The notes below the pieces were generated by a model. That model was not told the origin of the DNA. It searched no databases and saw only the letters and a list, made by a program, of their open reading frames with translations. From a virus: a stretch of 64,000 nt of DNA. Positions 19,699-27,781 of this stretch are shown one piece after another. How positions within the stretch are numbered: position 1 is the first letter of the stretch; the number at the start of each line of letters is the position of its first letter. Position numbers and translations under genes: made by a program. The stretch covers positions 1-64,000 of the IMG/VR virus record IMGVR_UViG_3300025118_000005; one strand, written 5' to 3'.

Positions 19699-19953
19699 TC
19701 ACAGGTTACTACCCGCTAGGAAATCCTCCTCCACACAGCCCAACTGACTCCAGCCATCTTCATGCACCTCCTGCACACGCTCACGGAAACGCTTCTCATC
19801 AAAGCGAGGGTGCGTATCCCTCAAACGGATACAGGTATCCGTAAGGACTGATTCACGGGATTCGTTGTCTTCGATCTCGCCCAAAGTGCAGGCGATGAAT
19901 TCAAAGTGGCGGCGGGTGAGGTTGAGGCTCGTGATTTGTTGTTTGTTTAACAT
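19699..19953 (-). CDS. phage protein of TRxHF...PRFD family (paralog of 26116..26370)
   Basis: LTRRHFEFIA...THPRFDEKRF; minus-strand TTGACA at 19988. Confidence 0.7.
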   Translation of the reverse strand: MLNKQQITSLNLTRRHFEFIACTLGEIEDNESRESVLTDTCIRLRDTHPRFDEKRFRERVQEVHEDGWSQLGCVEEDFLAGSNL

Positions 19954-20194
19954 GCTATAAATGTAACACAGAAACACCCATTTGTCAACCCACTATTTAA
20001 GAAAGTTATTCACATTTAGAATGATTCTGAGACTCATTCTCAATTTGACCCGTCCCGTCCCGATTCTGAGATTCAGTCTCAATTCGACCCGTCCCGCGCC
20101 GAGTTATTCACAGGCTGTTGATAACTTTTTGAAAAAACCGCTTGACTTTTTGTCATTTATGGGTTATATTATAACAACGAAAGCGAGAAAGATT

Positions 20195-20355
20195 ATGGTG
20201 ATGCTTGTGGCGAGAGCCTACAGACGGTCTAACCGTTGGAGCATTAAAACAGGGAGCGAGAAAGTCGCCCCACTCACCATTCATAGTTTACAGGATATGG
20301 CGGTATTCAGTCCGCGTAACGGGTATTGGATCCCACCACCCTTGCAGACTGTGAA
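20195..20355 (+). ncRNA. candidate structured ncRNA(s)
   Basis: Own promoter at 20142/20165. A multibranch domain is closed by ATGGTGA/TCACCAT, followed by a long hairpin TTCATAGTTTACAGG/CTTGCAGACTGTGAA. Confidence 0.55.
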
Positions 20356-20434
20356 TAACTTTTTGAAAAAACCGCTTGACTTTGTGTCATTTATGTGCTA
20401 TATTATACGTATAGAGAGTAAGAAAAACAAGATT

Positions 20435-20710
20435 ATGACAGAGATAGAACTAAAAAAACAAGAGGCGAAACTTCTCCTCAATCAGCAAGTGAAGATTCGC
20501 GCTCCTTGGAACGCCAACCTTCGCGGCCAAATCGCAACCGTCAAGGCCATCATGGCAGACGGTCAAACTCTTGACGTTGAGCTTGCTAATGGTAAGCACG
20601 CCTTTCTTGACGTGACTTTCGTGGATGAGATTCAAGAGCGGACACAGTTCGCCAAGACCGAGCAAAGCCTCGGCCCAATCGCCAACAGCGTTGTGCAAGA
20701 CGGAATTTAG
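20435..20710 (+). CDS. hypothetical protein (SH3/KOW-like)
   Basis: Likely true start of track ORF 19982..20710; GATTATG context after promoter 20376. Confidence 0.65.
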   Translation: MTEIELKKQEAKLLLNQQVKIRAPWNANLRGQIATVKAIMADGQTLDVELANGKHAFLDVTFVDEIQERTQFAKTEQSLGPIANSVVQDGI

Positions 20711-20875
20711 ATTATGACAATAGAAAACAAAACACTAAAAGTAGGCGATGAAATTCGCTTTGGTATGCAACTAATGATAGTTGATGAGATTACAGAATTT
20801 GACACCATCATTGCAATTGATGAAGATGGTCAAGATTTTGAACTAACAGAGAATGAAATTGACATTTATTAAATT

Positions 20876-21115
20876 ATGAAAATGAAAAGACAACTAATTT
20901 TTAAGAGTGGAAAGCCTCAAAACGTAGTGCAGACCACGCGCAAACAAAATCTTGCTGCGGCGAAGTCCTGCGAGACATACAACGAAGCGGTGAGCCTATT
21001 CAGGGCGTTGCAACACGCCAACAACATGGGAACGGGTGAAAGTGATTTTGATATTCTTGAAACTCATTTTATTAATGAGAAAGGATTGACCAATTATATT
21101 AAGGAGGGATTATAA
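20876..21115 (+). CDS. hypothetical protein
   Basis: AATTATG start in a run of small ORFs. Confidence 0.6.
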   Translation: MKMKRQLIFKSGKPQNVVQTTRKQNLAAAKSCETYNEAVSLFRALQHANNMGTGESDFDILETHFINEKGLTNYIKEGL

Positions 21116-21495
21116 GATTATGAAAAAAAACACAACGGAGCAAACTATCGCAGAAATTAAGGCAGACATCAAACGCACAGAAAAACATACTTGGTATTGT
21201 GAGCTAATCATTGCCGCCTGTGTTGGCGCGTCTATTGCTTTCGCTTTCGTTATTGCCCATTTAATGATAACAGGCCCAGCGTGGACATGGTGAGCCGATA
21301 AAAAAGTTAAAAAAAAGCTTGACACCGGCGGGACCGGTCCCTGAGACTCAGTCTCATTAGAGGTAGGACAATACCTGTCCCACCGTTAAAACTATTTTTC
21401 AGACCCTCATTTGACCCCACAAAAACAGGGTTATTCTGACCGATTTATTTTCGCCCAGCCATTGACTTTTTGTCATTTATGGATTATATTTAGGT

Positions 21496-21747
21496 ATGTT
21501 AAAGATGACAGAGAAACAAAAAGCCACTTATGAACTTTGGTTCTTGGGTGATGTCTACGAGTCTGGTGTTAAGACTCGCGAAACCTTCAACAGGTTTTTA
21601 GTTGAGGCTGGATCTCTCTTGCGTATCGCCATAGACGAGAAAATTCTCGTTGGTGGTGTTGAGATTGTAGAAGTCAGCCCTGACGGTAGGGTAGTTGATT
21701 CGGTTTGGTCAATGAATGTTGACGAATTTGAGAAAGTTAATGGGTAG
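21496..21747 (+). CDS. hypothetical protein (leaderless)
   Basis: Immediately after promoter 21462. Confidence 0.6.
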   Translation: MLKMTEKQKATYELWFLGDVYESGVKTRETFNRFLVEAGSLLRIAIDEKILVGGVEIVEVSPDGRVVDSVWSMNVDEFEKVNG

Positions 21748-21785
21748 GACTACGGATGTCCCACCCTCTATGGTATACTAGACGC

Positions 21786-22025
21786 ATGAAGAATATGAAA
21801 AACAAAACTAAAACCTACAACGTAGAGTTTACGACAGCATTCGCTGGCTCTCGTTATATTAACATTGTCCTAGAGGCGATTGACTCTCACCAAGCTGAAT
21901 GGGTTGCTCGCAACCTTTGCCGCTTTGGTTACATTAGCAACACCACCGAAACCGATGAGGTTGCTGCTTACACTGAAGCAACTCACGATTGGGCTTATGA
22001 TGAAGATTACGAAGTTTACTCCTAA
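21786..22025 (+). CDS. hypothetical protein
   Basis: Start after extended -10 TGGTATACT. Confidence 0.6.
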   Translation: MKNMKNKTKTYNVEFTTAFAGSRYINIVLEAIDSHQAEWVARNLCRFGYISNTTETDEVAAYTEATHDWAYDEDYEVYS

Positions 22026-22032
22026 AAAGATT

Positions 22033-22188
22033 ATGAAGAAAACAAAAAGACAACTGATTGAGGAATTACCATCCTCAAACCTACGCAAAGAACACGAAAA
22101 AGAAATTCTCATTCACGGGATTTTTATGGGTGTTTTAATTGGTAGCCTATTCACGGGAATTATGATTCACCTTTTGGAAAAGCTTTAA
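22033..22188 (+). CDS. small membrane protein
   Basis: C-terminal hydrophobic helix; GATTATG start. Confidence 0.55.
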   Translation: MKKTKRQLIEELPSSNLRKEHEKEILIHGIFMGVLIGSLFTGIMIHLLEKL

Positions 22189-22192
22189 GATT

Positions 22193-22498
22193 ATGAAAGA
22201 AAAACAACACTACTATACAGAACTCCGCGCAAAGGGGTTTAAGTACACCAACAAGTTCAGCGGATTTGATTCTGCTTGCGCTCACTTCTCAACAGAGTTC
22301 GAGCCTTATACTCTCGGCTGGGTAACTGCACAGGTTGAAGCCATCGATAAAATCGGTGGACAACAAACCTCTCACGGTTGGGTTGACTATACCGTTGGCA
22401 AAACATTTGCCCAAACGGGTCACAAAGAAGTAACCGCTTCTTGCCCTTCATACTTTGAGGGGCACCGTAGCCAACCAGTATTTGAGGAGGTAAAGTAA
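22193..22498 (+). CDS. hypothetical protein
   Basis: GATTATG start; 101 aa. Confidence 0.6.
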   Translation: MKEKQHYYTELRAKGFKYTNKFSGFDSACAHFSTEFEPYTLGWVTAQVEAIDKIGGQQTSHGWVDYTVGKTFAQTGHKEVTASCPSYFEGHRSQPVFEEVK

Positions 22499-22501
22499 TT
22501 T

Positions 22502-22786
22502 ATGAAAACACAAACAAGAAACATTATTAACGCGAACAACGAAGATTCAAGCGAACCTTTTGCAGTCGCACAGCACATCATCCTAAAAAACTTTTGGGAG
22601 TATTACCTAGAGCAAGCAGATGAAAACGGCATTGCCTTTGGTTTTGTTATGGGTGCAGAAAATGAATGGGGAAGCGTGGATCTCAACGAGATTAAACCTT
22701 ACGTGTTGAGCGTTGCAGGATACGGCAGCACCGAATCACTTAATGACGTCATGCCTCCAGCGGGCTATCGCTGGGAAGACGAGTAA
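22502..22786 (+). CDS. DUF2958-like protein
   Basis: WEYYL...IAFGFVMGAENEWGSVDLNEI resembles the DUF2958 motif. Confidence 0.55.
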   Translation: MKTQTRNIINANNEDSSEPFAVAQHIILKNFWEYYLEQADENGIAFGFVMGAENEWGSVDLNEIKPYVLSVAGYGSTESLNDVMPPAGYRWEDE

Positions 22787-23523
22787 GATTATAAACTAAA
22801 CAAAGTAAAAGAAAGAAAACCAAATTGGAAAACATAACACTAAACGAAAACGGAGATGCCGCCATTGTAGACGGCAAAGAATACCCAGTGCATGGCTTTG
22901 ACTATGCTGGATCAGAGGCAATCACAATCCCCGCATTGGATTTGATCTCTTACGACGATGGCGACACATGGGGAGACTTGGAATAATGATTAAACATAAG
23001 AAAACACCACTATCAAAGAAGCTCAAGCCTCAGTATGCGTGCCACTATGAAGAAGATGGCACCAAGGTAGAGACTTGGGTCAAGAAAGATTACAACGGCA
23101 TTGTAATTGCTCGTGTGCGTCAAGTGACTAACATCTTTGGCGAGATGTTACCCAAGGAAACTGTCGAGAGTCTTCCAGACCACCGATGGGTACTCTAATT
23201 TGCGTTTGCAAGCATAGATTAGATTCGGCGATAAGTTTATAAAAAGACTTGACTTCTATAGGCGGCGGGACCGGTCCCGAGCGCCATATTGACACACGAA
23301 AAACGCTATTTGTGCCACATTGTCTCTTGACTTTGTGTCTTTTATGTGGTATATTATAACAATGAACAACGACATGAGAAGTTTTGAGATTTGGATTCTT
23401 ATCAGCATAGTGCTGTTTATCGGTACGCTTGCTTTCGGTTTTTACATCGAGAGCATTTAGATTGTGAATAACTTTTTGAGAATATCGCTTGACTTTTTGT
23501 CATAAATGGAGTATATTATAACA

Positions 23524-23973
23524 ATGAAAGAGATGAACAAGAAAACCTTAAAACCCTTATTCGACCTAGATGGCACGCTCATCAAGGAAGACAGAGACTC
23601 TGACAGGTTATTTGATTTCTTTCGCCCTCACGCGATTCTCGCACTGACAGAAGATGATTTGACTCCTCTCGGCATATTGGTCAGAGACTCTGGAAAAGAA
23701 TTTGACATCCTCACCGCAAGAGGTCATCAAAACGCGGAATTTGTTAGAATCGCTTTAAGTGCTCTCGGATTCAACGTAGGCAGAATTGTTACCGTTGGAA
23801 TCGACATTAACGAAGCTTCCGACTTGGATAACATCAGCAGCAAGAGAGTGGCTGAAAAGAAAATCAGAATTGCCAAATTCGTTCAACGTAAGCTAGTTGA
23901 CAACGACGAAAGAAACTTACGAGGATTAGGTGAGTTAGGTGAGTTAGTAAGTGAGACACAAACAGAATTTTAA
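23524..23973 (+). CDS. HAD-superfamily phosphatase-like protein
   Basis: FDLDGTL (motif I), LTARG (II), K, VDND (IV). Confidence 0.7.
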   Translation: MKEMNKKTLKPLFDLDGTLIKEDRDSDRLFDFFRPHAILALTEDDLTPLGILVRDSGKEFDILTARGHQNAEFVRIALSALGFNVGRIVTVGIDINEASDLDNISSKRVAEKKIRIAKFVQRKLVDNDERNLRGLGELGELVSETQTEF

Positions 23974-24012
23974 TCTTGACAAAGAAACAGAAAACCCGTA
24001 TACTATAAAAAG

Positions 24013-24201
24013 ATGATGAAGAAAAACAAACTACCTATCGTTGGAAAAATTCAAGACATCAACGACGAATTCAACAAAGCATTTCGCGATGAAGTGATGA
24101 TGCCAATGGTCACGTTCGCCGTGACGCTCATGGTGTTCGCCGTGATGCTTGATTATTCGTTTCAACTCGTTGAAGCGATTGACATTATCCTAACCAACTA
24201 A
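24013..24201 (+). CDS. small membrane protein
   Basis: Hydrophobic helix; promoter at 23976. Confidence 0.55.
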   Translation: MMKKNKLPIVGKIQDINDEFNKAFRDEVMMPMVTFAVTLMVFAVMLDYSFQLVEAIDIILTN

Positions 24202-24406
24202 GATTATGAAAAACCTATTAAATGCAATTGATGACCTCCTGTGGCCTTTGGGTACCGCTCTACTCGTAATCCTTGCGAGCGTGCATTTCGTGCCTATGTT
24301 TATCGGCCTTTTGATTTTTTAAGTAGTCACTAAAACCTACGCTTGAGCCCTGAGCTTGTTATCTATTCCAAGCTTGTAACGAAACAGCGTGATGATTATG
24401 ACTGCG

Positions 24407-24452
24407 ACCCCCCTAGGGGGTACCCCCCCGGGGGCATACCCTTGGGGGGGTT
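24407..24452. repeat. G/C-run palindromes
   Basis: ACCCCCCTAGGGGGTACCCCCCCGGGGGCATACCCTTGGGGGGGTT; related tracts at 24971-25006 and 26361-26487. Confidence 0.8.
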
Positions 24453-24634
24453 ATTATACTATTAAAGGCTTGACATTATATAGCGGCGGGACCGGTCCTG
24501 CTTGGTACGTATACGTATAGTACGTATGCGTACAGTGTGTGTGTATGTGTGTGGTAGTACGTATGCGTACAGTGTGAATAACTTTTATTAAAAAAGCCCT
24601 TGACAAATGCCTTGGTGTGTGTTATATTATTACC

Positions 24635-24802
24635 ATGATGAACGAAGAATCGATATACAAAGTAACCCTAGTCAAAGGGCCACAAACATCTATTATGCCT
24701 ATTAAGGCACGTGATGAGGCGCACGCTGTACGTATAGCGCAGCACATGGGCCTAGGCCTAGTGGTGAGGGTAGAATTCGCCTGTATAGACAATTTTAACT
24801 AA
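24635..24802 (+). CDS. hypothetical protein (paralog of 25495..25668)
   Basis: ESIYKVT...A.DE.HA.RI shared with the 25495 ORF. Confidence 0.6.
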   Translation: MMNEESIYKVTLVKGPQTSIMPIKARDEAHAVRIAQHMGLGLVVRVEFACIDNFN

Positions 24803-25066
24803 ACAACAAAAGGATAAACATATGATAAGCATAGGATTCGAGACACTCGTAGGCATAGGGCTAGTAGCATACGCACTATGGAAAACAGATAAAAAGAATT
24901 TGGGCATAGTGCTCATTGGCTTGGCTGGTGTGGCATTAGCCATATTGGGTAGACATAGTTGTGGGTGGTAGGGGGTACACCCCCCACACCCCCCCTAGGG
25001 GGGTGTGAATAACTTTATTAAGAAAGCCCTTGACTTTTAGGTGATTATAGACTATATTACATACAG

Positions 25067-25285
25067 ATGAAGATGATAATGAAACTACTCGGAGCTAAGT
25101 ACATGGTCACCAGCCATGCTGGCACACGCTACTTCTGGAGGCTTAATGCAGCCATCAAGGCAGTACAGCATAACGTAAGCAGGGACATAGTATGGACGCT
25201 TAACTATAAGCCCGCTTATGTACATAACCCTGTATTCACCAGCGTACACCCTGACGCTGCTAACTATCACACTGCTAGGCCCTAG
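25067..25285 (+). CDS. hypothetical protein
   Basis: Follows promoter 25030. Confidence 0.55.
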   Translation: MKMIMKLLGAKYMVTSHAGTRYFWRLNAAIKAVQHNVSRDIVWTLNYKPAYVHNPVFTSVHPDAANYHTARP

Positions 25286-25494
25286 GGCGTACCCATCTAC
25301 TAACAAGCATGGACACAGGCTTATGTAAACAACACATACATCTTATATTAAAAGCTTGACATTGTATAGCATCGGGACCGGTCCCGTTATTGAGAATTAG
25401 TCTCATTACAATTGTGAATAACTTTTTCATATTATCGCTTGACTTTTTGTCATTTATGAGGTATACTATATGTATTGAGAGTGAGAGATTAAAG

Positions 25495-25668
25495 ATGATG
25501 AAAACAGAAAGCATATTCGACGTAACCTTTGAAGATGGTGGAAGCGTATTTATTCAAGCAATGGATGAAGAACACGCGCGCCGTATCGTAGAAACAAACA
25601 ACTTGTGGCGTTGGAACACTGAAGATGAGGGCCACGCTCGCACCGTAAGAAAGATTGAGAAAGTCTAA
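25495..25668 (+). CDS. hypothetical protein
   Basis: Likely true start of track ORF 25390..25668. Confidence 0.6.
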   Translation: MMKTESIFDVTFEDGGSVFIQAMDEEHARRIVETNNLWRWNTEDEGHARTVRKIEKV

Positions 25669-25712
25669 GGGTAGGACAGCCTTTGTCCCACCCCTCGTGG
25701 TATACTTAACGT

Positions 25713-26087
25713 ATGAAAATGATTATGAAAGAACAAACTAACAAAGCAAACAACCTTCGCCTTGGAGCGATTTACATCAACACCAACACTGGCGCACCTT
25801 GCCGCTTGGTCAACATCGTTGCCTGTCAAGGCGTATGGTTAGAAGCCTATGACGGACAAGGCTATGGTGACCTTGTGAAATTCGAAGATGTAGCGTATGC
25901 TGACACGGATGAAGTCCAAGACTATTTGGATGACTATCGTGCTTACACCGCAAGCGAGAAAGCTCCAGCATACAAGCCAGAGCGTGAGTATGCTTACGGC
26001 AAAGAGATTGTGCGTGACTCTGATGGCTCTGCTGTTATCGGATGGTACGATGACAATGATGGCAACGACATTCGTTGCAGAGACTAA
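25713..26087 (+). CDS. hypothetical protein (leaderless)
   Basis: ATG just after TGGTATACT. Confidence 0.65.
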   Translation: MKMIMKEQTNKANNLRLGAIYINTNTGAPCRLVNIVACQGVWLEAYDGQGYGDLVKFEDVAYADTDEVQDYLDDYRAYTASEKAPAYKPEREYAYGKEIVRDSDGSAVIGWYDDNDGNDIRCRD

Positions 26088-26115
26088 CACTATTAAACTT
26101 AACCCTTATTATATT

Positions 26116-26370
26116 ATGACAAAGAAACATTTGGAATTCCTCGCCGCTCTCATTAACGCCGCACACAACGGCACAAGCGCAGAGACGCTGGCCACGCTGG
26201 CCGCCGCCTACTGTGCCAAGACCAACCCGCGCTTTGATGAAGCGCGTTTTCTGGCCGCGTGCGGAACCCACCTACCGCCACCCCCTGAGGTGATTGAGAG
26301 CCAAGACGACAACCGCAGGCCAGATGGTAAGGTCAAGCGCATGTACGGATTAGAAAATCACGCGCCGTAA
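26116..26370 (+). CDS. phage protein of TxKH...NPRFD family
   Basis: MTKKHLEFLA...TNPRFDEARFLAACG. Confidence 0.7.
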   Translation: MTKKHLEFLAALINAAHNGTSAETLATLAAAYCAKTNPRFDEARFLAACGTHLPPPPEVIESQDDNRRPDGKVKRMYGLENHAP

Positions 26371-26503
26371 GGCGCGGGGGGCATACCCCCCCCATTTATG
26401 AAAAAAACGGAGGGGCACATTTTAGAAAACGGGCGGGGGGGGTTAAAAATGAGTCTCCCCGAGGGCCTAAAAATCCCCCGGGGGCTTATTAAAATAATTT
26501 AAA

Positions 26504-26776
26504 TTATCTAATACCGCTAGAATATACAATAATCAGCGCGGCGTTCGATGGGGTAAAATTAGTACAATGGATAGGATAAGCTAAATTTAATGCCGTTTGA
26601 CCGGGTATAGTAATTTGATCTAAATGAGGTTGATCATTAAAATTAATAGTATGTTGACCGGCAGCAGCGTTGATTACATTAAAAATATGAAATTGACCTG
26701 TAACCGCTGTGCTTCCAGCCATTGTCCTCAACTGTACTCCGTGAGGGAATCCTGTGTCTTGATAGCTTACATTCAT
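26504..26776 (-). CDS. small beta-rich hypothetical protein, probably late/virion
   Basis: GTGTA motif on the minus strand (26791) 10 nt before ATG. Confidence 0.55.
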   Translation of the reverse strand: MNVSYQDTGFPHGVQLRTMAGSTAVTGQFHIFNVINAAAGQHTINFNDQPHLDQITIPGQTALNLAYPIHCTNFTPSNAALIIVYSSGIR

Positions 26777-26799
26777 GTTATTTACTTACACTATATATT

Positions 26800-27735
26800 T
26801 TAGTTTTGACCGCATCCTTGACAAGGGCCCTGAGGGTCTACCGATTTAGAGCGGGAGTTTTCATATTCTTTTCTATTAATATAATTTTCCATTGCTTCCT
26901 CTGCTTCTTCGCGACTAGGTGGATTTTTAAAGATATCTCTAGAATGGTCTTTAATAAGCTCCGAAAGACCCCAAAAAGTATTTCTATTATAATTGAGAGA
27001 ACCTTTATCAGCGGGACGAGAGGCGGTTACTCTATCGACCCCTCCTTCCTTTCGGATTCTATAACGATGTACGGGAGTATCATCATCTAGAGAAACCTGT
27101 TTGGAAGAATGGGCGACAGGAACGATATCTTTAATATATTTTAAATGATACCATAATAAAAGATCTTCGAATCCAGTATTGAATATCTTGTGTTCGGGGA
27201 AGAAAACTCCATCTTCTGGCAAAAAGTTACAATCAAATAAAGTAGCCCAAGGTCCGAATCTAAGGGTATCTACAGAATATTGAGCATTATTAATTCGAGG
27301 CTGAAAGGGGAATGGATTTTTTTCCCACGCTCCGACAACGAAAGGAGAATTTTTCTCAACGGCGGTATGTATCATATTCGGACGTTCGGGTAACATGTCG
27401 TCGTCTGCGTCCATAAATAAAATTGATTGATAGTCTTCTTTAAAATTATGCGCTTCTTTAATAAGGCGGTTTTTTGCTTCTCCCACTGTAGAAGCTTTAT
27501 CGTATTCGTATAAATGAACCTTGTCTGCGGTTATCCTGCCCGCCTCTACATATCTAGCTAACTCTACTAAAGAGTTATCTGTAGAATCATCATCTCCAAC
27601 CAAAAGTATCCAACTTTTATCTTTTAAAGATTCATCTAGGCTAAGAAGGCAATTTTCTAAACAACTTTCTTCATTGTACATGGAAAGCAATACTTGATAG
27701 CCATGTCTCTCGGGTTGATATTCGTTTGACCACAT
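26800..27735 (-). CDS. GT2-family glycosyltransferase
   Basis: SMYNEE, DDDSTDNS, GEAKN, FMDADD (DxD), GFED. Confidence 0.85.
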   Translation of the reverse strand: MWSNEYQPERHGYQVLLSMYNEESCLENCLLSLDESLKDKSWILLVGDDDSTDNSLVELARYVEAGRITADKVHLYEYDKASTVGEAKNRLIKEAHNFKEDYQSILFMDADDDMLPERPNMIHTAVEKNSPFVVGAWEKNPFPFQPRINNAQYSVDTLRFGPWATLFDCNFLPEDGVFFPEHKIFNTGFEDLLLWYHLKYIKDIVPVAHSSKQVSLDDDTPVHRYRIRKEGGVDRVTASRPADKGSLNYNRNTFWGLSELIKDHSRDIFKNPPSREEAEEAMENYINRKEYENSRSKSVDPQGPCQGCGQN

Positions 27736-27781
27736 ATTTACTTGATTTTTTACAAGATAACATATATTATAAAATAGTCAA

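Larger units (their letters stand above)
14077..25405. repeat. dispersed palindrome (CGG)CGGGACCGGTCCC
   Basis: Copies at 14077, 15252, 17498, 21326, 23263, 24484 and 25373; GACCCGTCCCG variants at 12706, 19251, 20047 and 20086. All intergenic. Confidence 0.9.
14122..25421. promoter_or_regulatory. ten DnaA-box-like 9-mers (TTATTCACA) upstream of promoters
   Basis: TGTGAATAA at 14122, 15292, 20350, 23463, 24573, 25004, 25413; TTATTCACA at 19695, 20006, 20104; variant at 20116. Matches the TTWTNCACA consensus. Confidence 0.75.

Noticed and set aside
19982-20434. N-terminal 151 aa of the 242-aa track ORF
   Set aside because: It crosses repeats and two promoters; the real gene probably starts at 20435.
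14077-25405. CRISPR array or IS ends from the dispersed palindromes
   Set aside because: Spacing is irregular and kb-scale; no cas or transposase genes and no target duplications seen.
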